Assembly: GCA_030390025.1 (NCBI GenBank)
Contig: JASTWF010000034.1
Location: forward strand, 5,766,001 to 5,830,000
Source: Squalus acanthias
Taxonomy: Eukaryota
Direction: 5' to 3'
DNA length: 64,000 nucleotides
How positions within the stretch are numbered: position 1 is the first letter of the stretch; each line of letters opens with the position of its first letter. The notes under the pieces are model-generated. The model saw only the letters and a list, made by a program, of their open reading frames with translations. It made no database searches and was not told where the DNA came from. The translations under genes and the position numbers were made by a program. Shown in pieces: positions 40,008 to 51,086 of the stretch.

Positions 40008-40268
40008 CAACAACTTATATTTATAAAGCGCCTTTAACGTAGTAGAACGTCCCAAGACGCTTCACAGGAGTGCTATCAAACAACATTTGACATCGAGCCA
40101 CATAAGGAGATATTTGGGCAGATAACCAAAAGCTTGGTCAAAGAGGTAATTTTTAAGGAGCGTCTTGATGGAGGAGAGAGAGGCAGAGAGGTTTACGGAC
40201 AGAATTCCAGAGCTTAGGGCCCAGGCAGCTAAAGGCATGGCCACCAATGGTGGAGTGATTAAAATCAG
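40008..40268 (-). mobile_element. L2 LINE 3' end
   Basis: The reverse strand reads GTGAAGCGTCTTGGGACGTTCTACTACGTTAAAGGCGCTTTATAAATATAAGTTGTTG, an L2-type tail. The upstream part translates ...IKTLLKNYLFDQAF, resembling the L2 ORF2 terminus. Confidence 0.8.
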
Positions 40269-40269
40269 G

Positions 40270-40500
40270 GATACATTGAGAGGGACATTGAGAGAGACAT
40301 TGACTGAAACATAGAGCGAGACATTGGGAGGGTCATTGAGCGGGCCATAGAGAGAGTCAGACAGACACAAAGAGAGAAATAGAAACAAAGAGAGTGGGCA
40401 GATTGAGAGATAGAAATAGAGAGACAGAAAGTCTGGGGGAGAGCCACAGACAGCCAGAGAGAGACAGACAGGCTGAGAGAGGCAGAGGGAAGAGAAAGTC
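40270..40500 (+). repeat. GA-rich low-complexity region including degenerate 12-bp GACATTGAGAGA units
   Basis: GATACATTGAGAGGGACATTGAGAGAGACATTGAC... followed by degenerate (GA)n. Confidence 0.7.
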
Positions 40501-40519
40501 AGGGCTAGATATTGAGAGT

Positions 40520-41988
40520 TAGAAAATAGGAACATATGAAATAGGAGCAGGAGTAGGCCATTTGGCCCATCGATCCTGCTCCGCCGTTCAATAAGGTCAT
40601 GGCTGATCTTCTATCTCAACTCCACTGTCCTGAACTATCCCCATAACCCTTGATTCCCTTAATATTCAAAAATCTTTCAATCTCTGTTTTGAATATACTC
40701 AACGACTGAACATCCACAGCCCTCTGGGGGAGAGAATTGCAAAGATTCCCCACCCTCCGAGTGAAGAATTTTCTCCTCATCTCGGACCTAACTGGCCGAC
40801 GTCTTTTGCTGAGACTGTGACCCCTTGTTCTAGACTCCCGAGCCAGGGGAAACATCCTCCCTGCATCTACCCTGTTAAGCCCTCTAAGAATTTTATATAT
40901 TTCCATGAGATTACCTTTCATTCTTCTAAATTCTAGGGAACATAGGCCTAGTCTACTCCACCTGTTCTCATAGGAAAATCCCCCCATCCCAGGAACCAGT
41001 CTGGTGAACCTTCGTTGCACTCCCTCTTTGGCAATTATATCCTTCCTTAGGTAAGGAGACCACAACTGTACACAGTACTCCTGGTGTGGTCTCACCAGGG
41101 CCTTATATAATTGCAGTAAGACGTCTTTACTCTTATGCTCAAATCCTCTTATAATAAAGGCCAACATACCATTTGCTTTCCTAATTATTTGCTGTACCTG
41201 CATGTTACCTTTCAGTGATTCATGTACAAGGACACCCAGGTCCCTCTGAACACCAACATTTCCCAATCTCTCAACATTTAAAAAATACCTTGCTTTACTA
41301 TTTTTCCTAACTGCACATTTCTCCACTTATATTCCATTTGCCATGTTCTTGCCCATTCACTTAGCCTGTCTATATCCCCTTGAAGCCTCCTTGCATCCTC
41401 CTCACAACTTACATTTCCACCCAGCTTTGTATCATCAGCAAACTTGGAGATATTGCATTTGGTCCCCTCATCCAAATCATTGATATATATCGTAAATAGC
41501 TGTGGCCCAAACACTGATTATTGCAGTACCCCACTAGTTACAGCCTGCCAAACCGAAAATGACTCGTTTATTGCTATTCTCTGTTTTCTGTCCGTTAACC
41601 AATCCTCAACCCATGCTAGAATATTACCCCCAATCCCATTTTGTTTAATAACCTCTTGTGCGGCCCCTTATCGTATGTCTTCTGAAAATCCAAATCCACC
41701 ACATCCACTGTCTCCCCCTTATCTGTTCTGCTAGTTACAACCTCAAAACACTGTAACAAATTTGTCAAACACGATTTCCCTTTCATAAATCCGTGTTGAC
41801 TCTGCCCAATCCTATTATCATTTTCTAAGTGCCCTGTTACTACGTCCTTAATATATTTTAGCATTTTCCCTACTACTGATGGCAGGAAAACTGGTCTGTA
41901 GTTCCCCGTTTTCTCTCTCCCTCCTTTCTTAAATATTGGGGTTACATTTGCTACATTCCAATCCGCGGCAAACGTTCTAAAATCTATG
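40520..41988 (-). mobile_element. 5'-truncated CR1 LINE (RT to 3' UTR)
   Basis: Minus ORFs SQHGFMKGKSCLTNLLQCFE, ISKFADDTKLGG, LYKALVRPHQEYCVQLWSPYLRKD. The 3' UTR/tail lies at 40520-40615. Confidence 0.93.
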
Positions 41989-42024
41989 CAATTTATGGAA
42001 TTTCATCTGCCATCTATTTTGTCC

Positions 42025-43715
42025 TTTTTTATTCATTCATGGGATGTGGTCATCGCTGGCACGCCGAGCATTTATTGCCCATCCCTAGTTGCACTTGAGA
42101 AGGTGATGGTGAACCGCTACAGTCGGAGATGGAAAGGCGCTCCCACTGTGCTGTTATGGAGGGAGTTGCAGGATTTTGACCCAGCGACAATGAAGGAATG
42201 GTGATATACTTCCAAGTCAGGATGGTGTGTGACTAGGAGGGGAAGTTACAGGTGATGGTGTTCCCATGCTCCTGCTGCCCTTGTCCTTCTAGGTGGTAGA
42301 GGCTGCATGTTTGGGAGGTACTGCCGAAGAAACCTTGGCAAGTTGCTGCAGTGCATCTTGTAGATGGTACAAACTGTAGCCACGGTGCGCCGGTGGTGGA
42401 GGGAGTGAATGTTTCAGAACATAACATAAGTCATAGGAGCAGGAGCAGGCCTCCTCTGTTCAAAGGAAAACAAACCCAGCTTATCCCAGTTAATATTGGG
42501 GTAGTTCAAATCTCCTACTACTACTGCCCTATAGTTTTTGCACTTCCCAGAAATGTGTCGACATATTTGCTCTTCTATCTCCCTCTCACTGTTTGGGGGT
42601 CGAGAGTACATTCCCAGCAGTGTGGTCGCCCCTTTTTTGTTTTTCCATTCGACCCATATGGCCTCGTTTGATGATCCCTCCAACATATCATCTCTCCTCA
42701 CAGCTGTAATAGTTTCTTTAATCAATACCGCGACCCCCTCCCTTTTTACCACCCTCTCTACCCCTTTATGGTGATGGATGGGCTACCAATCAAGTGAGCT
42801 GCTTTGTCCTGGATGATGTCGAGCTTCTTGTGTTGTTGGAGCTGCACTCATCCAGACAAGTGTAGAGTATTCCATCACACTCCTTACTTGTGCCTTGTAG
42901 ATGGTGGAAAGGATTTGGGGAGTCAGGAGGTGAGACGCTCAAAGCAGAATACCCAGCCTTGACCTGCTCTTTTAGCCACAGTATTTATGTGGCTGGTCCA
43001 GTTAAGGTTCTGGTCAATGGAACCCCACAGGATACTGATGGTGACGGATTTGGCGATGGTAATCCCATTGAAGGTCAAGGGGATGCGGCTCTTGTTGGAG
43101 ATTGTCATTGCCTGGCACTTGTTTGGTGTGATTATTACTTGCCACTTATCAACCCAAGGCTGAATGTCATCCAGGTCTTGCTGCATGTGGGCATGGACTG
43201 CTTCATTATCTGAGGAGTTGTGAATAGAACTGAATACTGAGCAATCATCAGCGAACATCCCCACTTCTGACCATAGGATGGAGGGAAGGTCATTGATGAA
43301 ATAGCTGAAGATGGATGGGCCGAGGACACTGCCCTGATGTACTGCTGCAGCGATGTCCTGGGGCTGTGATGATTGACCTCCAAAAACCACAACCATCTTC
43401 CGTTGTGCCGGGTATGACTTGAGCTGGTGGAGAGTTTTCCCCCTGCTTTCCATTGACACAATTTTACTGGGGCTCCTTGATGCCGCACTCAGTCCAATGC
43501 TGCCTTGATGTCAAGGGCAGTCACTCTCACCTCACCTCTGGAATTCAGCTCCTTTGTCCATGTTTGGACCAAGGCTGTAATGAGGTCTGGAGCCGAGTGG
43601 TCCTGCCGGAACTCAAACTGGCCATCGGTGAGAAGATTATTATAGAGTAAGTGCCACATAATAGCTCTGTCGACCGCACCTTTCATCACTTTGCTCATTT
43701 CACCAGCCTGTCGAT
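42025..43715 (-). mobile_element. LINE (CR1/L2 group) RT plus 3' end, carrying a nested CR1-derived fragment
   Basis: Minus ORFs with HQGSVLGPSIFSYFINDLP...MFADDC and LDIKAALD. The 3' tail reads ATGAATGAATAAAAAA on the minus strand at 42025-42040. Confidence 0.88.
42415..42768 (-). mobile_element. Composite CR1 fragment (endonuclease piece joined to C-terminal and tail pieces) inside the LINE
   Basis: Minus ORF 42414..42752 goes from EN motifs (GVAVLIKE, AIWVE, YSRPPN, VVGDLNYPNINW) straight to DKLGLFSFEQRR and then CCTGCTCCTGCTCCTATGACTTATG, a CR1-like tail. Confidence 0.75.
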
Positions 43716-43814
43716 GTCCTCCTGAAGCCTACCTTATCCCACTATCTGTGTGTGTGTATATATGTATATGAATATATATATATATGTCTATATATATGTC
43801 TATATCATTGATAT

Positions 43815-44395
43815 ATATCAAAAAGAGCACTGGTCCGAATAGCGACATCTGGGGGACACCACTGTACACTTCCCTCCAGTCTGAACAACAACCGTTCACC
43901 ACTACTCTCGGTTTTCTGTCCCTTAGCCAGTGTCAGATCCCCACTGCCACTGTCCCTTTGGTCCTAACAAGTCTATTCAATTGTACTTCATCAAATGCAT
44001 TTTGAATGTCCATGTACACAACATCAAACGCACTATGCTCATCAACCCTCTCCGTTACTTCATCAAAGAACTTAATCAAGTTTGTCAGACACACTTTGCC
44101 GTTACATATCCATGCTGGTTGTCATTTATTAATCCATGTTTTTTCCAAAGACAGATACTTTTCTCTGTGAATATGGCCTCTAGAGTTTTCCCACCACTGA
44201 CGTTAGGCTGACTGGCCTGCAGTTACAGGGTTTATCCCTCTCTCCTTTTTTAAACAGGGTGTAACATTTGCAACCCTCCAGTCCTCTGGCACCACTCCCA
44301 TATCCGAGGAGGATTGAAATATTCTGGCCACAGCCTGCGCTATTTCCACCATTCCTTCCCTCAGCAATCCTCATATTTCCCATCCGGACCGGGTA
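43815..44395 (-). mobile_element. CR1 RT fragment (paralog of 395-985)
   Basis: LFKKGERDKPCNCRPVSLTSVVGKL, with the same internal deletion as copy A. Confidence 0.88.
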
Positions 44396-44662
44396 AATGT
44401 TCTACTTTATTGTGGTACAAAAAGTGTTGGATTGAAAGGGGTTAACTGAAGATGTTTGTTTAGTGACTGTAATTAATGTCAGTCTCCATGGACTCTAATT
44501 GTATCAGTGCAGGGTTTCCCTCTTCTATTAATAAGGGATTCCTTTCAATGTGTTATCCGTAGTGTCAGTGAGAGCATCACCTCCGGCACTGACAGGGATC
44601 AGCGCGCTGCTCCACAGAGAGGGAGTCGGAATCTGAGAACAGTAGATTGGAATGTTACAACA

Positions 44663-44843
44663 ATGGATCAGAATCTGACAACAGTAGATTGGAATGTTAC
44701 AACAATGGGCAGGAGTTTCAGCTCGGATATTCACGATCTTTCAGCATTTTATATTTGGCTACCATTAAACGTTCGGATAAAGTTCGCACTTCAGATTATT
44801 CAATACATTTACTATCCACTCCTTGCTGCTGTTGGTGTTCCTG
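44663..44843 (+). CDS. Putative first coding exon of a GPR139/GPR142-like class A GPCR, copy B; downstream exons not found
   Basis: ATG at 44663 (second at 44705) gives MDQNLTTVDWNVTTMGRSFSSDIHDLSAFYIWLPLNVRIKFALQIIQYIYYPLLAAVGVP. It has NLT and NVT sequons and a phase-1 donor CCTG|GTAAGT at 44843/44844. Same 181-bp length as copy A, with no stops or indels. Confidence 0.75.
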
Positions 44844-45097
44844 GTAAGTCTCTCTGTCCAGCTATTCTGTTAACCATGTTTTACTGTATTACTGTTCTTG
44901 TCATTTACTCTCCCCTCCTTGTTTTCGATTGTTGTTCCTGGTCAGTCTCTCTATCCAGCTGTTAACCCTGCCAACCTTTGCTAACTGTATGACTATTCTT
45001 CATTCTTTGCTGCTGTTGGTGTCCCTGGTAAGTCTCTCTATATCCAGAAATTAGATCTGTAAATCACGTTTCACTGTATTACTGTTTGTCATTTAAA

Positions 45098-45583
45098 TCT
45101 TGGGAAGAGCGAAGCCATTGTCTTCGGTCCTCGTCACAAACTCCATTCTCTATCTACCGATTCAGTCCCCCTCCCTGGTCAATGTCTGAGGCTGAACCAG
45201 GCTGTTTGCAACCTCTGCGATCTCTTTGTCCCTGAGCTGAGTTCCGAACTCATATCTTCTCAATCACCAGTCCTGCCGACTACCGCCCCCAAAATTTCAC
45301 CCATCTCCGCTCCACCTCAGCCCTTCCGCTGCATAAACCCTCATCCGTGCCTTTGTTATATCCAGACTCGACTATTCCAATACTCTCCTGGCCGGCTTCC
45401 CAGTAACAAGCCTCCATAAACTAGAGCTCATCCAAAACTCTGCTGCCCATATCCTAACACACATCATGTCCCGTTCACCCATCACCCCTGTGATCACTGA
45501 CCAACATTGGCTGCCGATCCGGCAACAACTCGATTTAACTATTCTTCTCCTCATGTTCAAATCCCACCATGGCCTCACCCCTC
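45098..45583 (+). mobile_element. L2 ORF2 C-terminal fragment (paralog of 1690-2175)
   Basis: SPITPVITDQHWLPIRQQLDLTILLLMFKSHHGLTP. Confidence 0.8.
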
Positions 45584-45774
45584 AAATTAGTCCCATTCCC
45601 TTGCTCTTTTCCCATAGTCCTGCGAATTGTACCCCTTCAGGTATTTATACAATTCCCCTTTTAAGGTTAATTTATTTCCCTCTGTGCCTCTCCCTGTCTT
45701 TCAGTCTGTATTTTTATTTCTCTCTTTCTCCCTTTCTCTCTCTCCCCCTCTTCTCTCTCTCTCTGTCTCTTGCT

Positions 45775-46140
45775 CATAGAATTATAGAACGGTACATCAC
45801 ATACAGAGACCATTCGGCCCATCGTGTCCGTGCCGTCTCTTTGAAAGAGTTATTTATTCAGTCCTACTCTTTAATCAGAGCCCCATAAAAAAATTCCCCT
45901 TCATCTAATTACCCCATTCCCTTTCGAAATTTACTATTGAATCTGCTTCCACCACGTTCTCACTCAGTGCATTCTAGATCACATCTCACTGCGTAAAGAA
46001 CAATATCATCTCTCCTCTGGTTCTTTTGCCAATTACTTCAAATTTGTTTCCTCTGATTACTCACCATTCTGCCTCTGGAAACAGACTTACTTAATCTATC
46101 AAAACCTATTACAATCTGGAATATCTATACTAAATCTCCC
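45775..46140 (-). mobile_element. CR1 3' end (paralog of 2365-2730)
   Basis: CATAGAATTATAGAA...GACCATTCGGCCCATCG. Confidence 0.7.
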
Positions 46141-46141
46141 C

Positions 46142-48180
46142 TGATGGAAAAGGACAAAGAAAGACCAGGTTTAAAAATTTCAATTGGGGAAAGGCCAAAT
46201 TTACTCAGCTGAGATGTGATTTAGGAAAAGTGGACTGGAAACAGCTTCTTAATTGGAAATCAGTGCAGAGCTGTGGGAAGCATTCAACGAGGAGATAGTG
46301 AGGGCTCAGAGCAAATATATTCCCAAAAAGATAAAGGATGGGACTTCCAAATCTAGAGCCCCCTGGATGTCAAGGGGAATACTGTGTTGGATAAGGGGAA
46401 AAAAGGGAAGCTTCTGTCAGATACCGAGAGCTCAATACTACAGAAAGCCGAGAGGGGTATAGAAAGTGCAGGGGTGAAATTAAAAAGTAAATTAGGAAAG
46501 CAAAGAGATGGCATCAAAAAATATTGGCAAGTAAAATCAAGGAAAACCCAAAGATGTTTTATGCATACATCAAGAGCAAGAGGATAACTAAGGAAAGAGT
46601 CTGGCCTATTATAGAACAAACAGTGAATCTGTGTGTAGAGGCGGAAGACGTGGATATAGTTCTTAATAAATACTTTGTGTCTTTATTCACAGAAGAGTGA
46701 GATGATGCAGACATTGTAGTTAAGGAGAAGGAGTGTGAAATATTAGATGAGACAAACATAGTGAGAGAGGAAACATTAAGGTGTTTAGCATCTTTGAAAG
46801 TAGATAAATCACGAGGCTCGGATGAAATGTATCCCAGGCTTTTAAGGGAGGAAATAGCGGAGGCTCAGACCATCATTTTCCAATCCTCTCTGGCTACAGG
46901 CGAAATGCAAGATTAATCAAGGACAGTCAGCATGGTAATGTTAAGGGAATGTCGTGTCTGACTAAATGGATTGAATTTTTTGAGGAGGTAATGAGGAGGG
47001 TCGATGAGGGGAGTGCATTTGATGTAGTCCACGTAGGTATTAGTAAGGCCTTTGACAAGGTCCCAAATGACAGGTTGGTCATTGGATCCAAGGGAAAGTG
47101 GCAAGTTGGATCCAAAATTGGCTCAGTGGCAGGAAGCAAAGTTCGTAATGGTCAACGGGTGTTTTTGTGACTGGAAGGTTGTTTCCAGTGGGGTTCCACA
47201 GGGCTCAGTACTAGGTCCCCTGCTATTTGTGGTATATATTAATGATTTAGACTTTAGTGTTGGGGCCATGATGAAGAAGTTTCCACATGATACAAAAAGT
47301 GGCCGTGTGGTTGATAGTGATGAAGAAAGCTGCAGACTGCAAGAAGATATCAATGGACTGGTCCGGTGGGCAGAACAGTGGCAAATGGACTTCATTTCGG
47401 AGAAGTGTGAGGTAATGCATTGGTGGCGGGCTAACAAAAAGGGAATACACAATAAATGGTAGGATACTGAGAGGTGCAGTGGAACAGAAGGACCTTGGAG
47501 TACATTTCCACATATCTCTAAAACTATCAGCACATGTAGATAGGGTGGTTAAAAAGGCATGTGGGATACATTGCTTTATTAGTCGAAGCATAGAATATAA
47601 AAACAGGGAGTTTATGCTAGAACTGTATAAAACACCAATTAGACCACAGCTAGAATACTGCGTACAATTTTGGTCAAAATATTACAGGAAAGATGTGATT
47701 GCATTTGAAACATTATAGAGGAGATTTACGTGGATGTTGCCAAGACTGGGGAATAGTTTGGGGTTCTTTACTTTGGAACAGAGGAGGCTGAGGGGAGATT
47801 TAATTGAGGTGTATAAAATTATGAGGGGCCTAGATAGAGTCGATAGCAAGCACCGATTTCACCTGGCAGAGAGGTCAATAACCAAGGAGCATAGATTTAA
47901 AGTAATTGGTAGAAGGATTAGACGGGAGATGAGAATTTCTTTCACCCAGAGGGCTGTGCGGGTCTGAAATTCAAGGCCTGAAAGGGTGGTAGAGGCAGAA
48001 ACCCTCATCACGTTTAAAACGTACATGGATATGCACTTGAAGTGCCATCACCTACAGGGCTACGGACCAAGAGCTGGAAAGTGGGATTAAGCTGGAAAGC
48101 TCTATTTCGACCGGCGCAGATGCAATGGGCCAAATGGCCTCCTTCTGTGCCGTAAATTTCGACGATTCTACAATTCTGTG
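46142..48180 (+). mobile_element. 5'-truncated CR1 (paralog of 2732-4920) retaining its 3' tail
   Basis: SGVPQGSVLGPLLFVVYINDLD, RPQLEYCVQFWS and LEQRRLRGDLIEVYKI; ends in TTTCGACGATTCTACAATTCTGTGAT, a degenerate 8-bp tail. Confidence 0.9.
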
Positions 48181-48182
48181 AT

Positions 48183-48742
48183 GTTTAACCTTCGCTGCTC
48201 GAAAATGAACAATCCCAGCTTCTCCTGTCTCTCCACGTAATTGAAGATCCAGATCCCTGGTACCATTCTGGTAAATCTCCTCTACACCTTCTCTAATCCT
48301 TGCCATGCTTGCCAAAGTGTGGTGCTCAGAATTGCACACAATACTCCAGCTGGGGTCTAACCAATGCTTTTTAAAAGGTTAACATTTCTACCTGGATTTT
48401 GTTACTCTGTGTCTCTGTTTGTAAAGCCAAGGACTCCGTATGCTTTATTAACAGCCATCGCTACTTGTCCTGCCACCTTCAATGATTTGTGTAAGTACAC
48501 ACCAGGTCTCTCTGATCGTGCACCCGCTTTGAAATTGTAACGTTTAGTTGATATTGCCTCTGCTCATGCTTCCTACCAACATGTATCACTTCACCCTTCT
48601 CTGTGTTAAATTGTATCTGCCATGTGTCTGCCCATTTCACCAGTCTGTCTGCGACCTCCTGAATTTCTGTTACTATCATTCTCACTGTCTATTAACATTT
48701 CCGAGTTTTCTGTCATTTTCAAACTTTGAAATCATGCGCTGT
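48183..48742 (-). mobile_element. Old CR1 RT C-terminal fragment
   Basis: Minus ORF EIQEVADRLVKWADTWQIQFNTEKGEVIHVGRK...QRDL. Confidence 0.8.
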
Positions 48743-49417
48743 CATAGAGTCATCGATAGTTATAGTTATACAGCACAGAAAGGGGCCCTTCGGCCCATTG
48801 TGTCCGCGCCGGCCATCAAGCCCTATCTATTCTATTCCCATTTTCCAGCACTTGGTCCGTAGCCTTGTATGCTATGGCATTTCAAGTGCTCATCTCAATG
48901 CTTCTTGAATGCTGTGAGGGTTCCTGCCTCTACCACCGTTTCAGGCAGTGAGTTCCAGATTCCAACCACACTCTGGGTGAAAAAGATTTTCCTCAAATCC
49001 CATCTAAACCTCCTGCCCCTTACCTTGAAACTCTGTGCCCTGGTGATTGACCCCTCTATTAAGGGGGAAATTCCTTTCTATCTACCCTATCTATGCCCCT
49101 CATAATTTTGTACACCTCAATCAGGTCCCCCCGCAGCCTTCTCTGCTCTAAGGAAAGCAACCCCAGCCTGTCCAGTCTCTCTTCATTGCTGCAGCGCTCC
49201 AGCCCAGGTAACATCCTGGTGAATCTCCTCTGCACCCTCTCCAATGCAATCACATCCTTCCTATAGTGTGGCGATCAGAACTACACACCGTATTCCAGCT
49301 GTGGCCTAACTAGCATTTTGTACATCTCCAACACAACCTCCCTGCTCTTATATTCTATGCCTCGGCTAATGAAGGCAAGCATCCCATATGCTTTTTTAAC
49401 CACCTTACCTACCTGTC

Positions 49418-50923
49418 TTCCAAAATTCTATAGACTCTAGAACAGTTCCCATGTATTGGAGGGTAGCGAATATAACCCCACTATTTAAAAAAGGTGGGAG
49501 AGAGAAAACGGGGAATTATAGACTGGTAAGCCTGACATCGGTAGTGGGGGAAATGCTAGAGTCCATTATAAAATATGTAATAGCAAAGCACTTGGAAACC
49601 AGTGACAGGATCGGACAAAGTCAACATGGATTTACAAAAGGTAAATCATGCTTGACTAATCTACTGGAATTTTTTGAGGATGTAACTGGTAGAATAGATA
49701 AGGGAGAACCAGTGGATGTGGTGTATTTGGACTTTCAGATGGCTTTCGATAAGGTCCCGCATAAGAGATTGGCGTGGAAAGTTAAAGCACATGGGATTGG
49801 GGGTAAGGTATTGACTTGTATAGAAAACTGGTTGACAGACAGGAAGCAGAGAGTTGGAATAAACAGATCTTTTTCCGAGTGGCAGGCAGTGACTAGTGGG
49901 GTACCGCGGGGATCAGTGCTAGGACCCCAGTGATTCACAATATATATTAATGATCTAGATGAGGGAACTAGATGCAATATCTCCAAGTTTGCAGATGACA
50001 CAAAGCTGGGTGGGTGTGTGTGCCGTGAGGAGGACGCCGAGAAACTCCAGGATGATTTGGACAGGTTGGGTGATTGGTCAGATGCATGGCAGATGCAATA
50101 CAATGTGGATAAATGCGTGGTTATCCACTTTGGTGGCAAAAACAGGAAGGCAGATTATTATCTGAACGGCAATAGATTGGGAAAAGGGGAAGGGCAACGA
50201 TCCTGGGAGTCCTTGTGCACCAGTCGTTGAAGGTAAGCATGCAGGTGCAGCAGGCGGTTAAGAAGGCAAATGGTATGTTGGCATTCATAGCGAGAGGATT
50301 CGAGTACAGGAGCAAGGAGGTCTTGCTGCAGTTGTACAGAGCCTTGGTGAGACCACAACTTGAGTATTGTGTGCAGTTTTGGTCGCCTTATCTGAGGAAG
50401 GATGTTCTTGCCATGGAGGGAGTGCAGCGAAGATTTACCAGACTGATACCTGGGATGGCAGGAATGACGTATGAAGAGAGATTGGATCGATTGGGATTAT
50501 ACTCGCTGAAGTTTATAAGAATGAGAGGGGATCTCACTGAAAGTTATAAAATTCTAACAGGACTAGACAGACTAGATGCAGGAAGGATGTTCCCGATGGC
50601 GGGGGAGTCCAGAACCAGGGGTCACAGTCTAAGGATAAGGGGTAAGCCATTTAGGACTGAGATGAGGAGGAATTTCTTCACCCAGAGAGTGGTGAACCTG
50701 TGAAATTCTCTACCACAGAAGGCAGTAGAGGCCAATTCATTAAATATATTCAAGAAGGTGTTAGATATATTTCTTAAGGCTAAAGAGATCAAGGATATGG
50801 GGAGAAAGCAGGGACAGGGTACCGAATTTGGATGATCAGCCATGATCTCATTAAATGGCGGAGCAGGCTTGAGGTGCTGAATGGCCTACTCCTGCTCCTA
50901 TCTGCTATATTTCTATGTTTCTT
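49418..50923 (+). mobile_element. 5'-truncated CR1 insertion nested in the minus-strand CR1
   Basis: RT ORFs 49451..49933 and 50215..50703, tail CTATATTTCTATGTTTCT. Flanked by TGTC at 49414-49417 and 50924-50927 (candidate TSD). Closely similar to 53859-55360. Confidence 0.92.
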
Positions 50924-51086
50924 TGTCCTGCTGTCTTCAGGGAACTATGTACATGCACACCAAGGTCCCTCTGGTCCTCTGTCCTTCCTAGGGTCTTACC
51001 ATTCATTTCGTATTTCCTTGCCTTGTTAGTCCTCCCAAAATGCATCACCCCACACTTTTCCGGGTTAAATTCAGTTTGCCCCTGTT

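Larger units (their letters stand above)
43377..48145 (+). repeat. Segmental duplication copy B
   Basis: Colinear with 1-4917. It lacks ~160 bp corresponding to ~3493-3650 (junction near 46901), has an expanded TA/TG microsatellite at ~43747-43818, one 51-bp unit instead of three, and an extra exon-end repeat. Confidence 0.93.
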
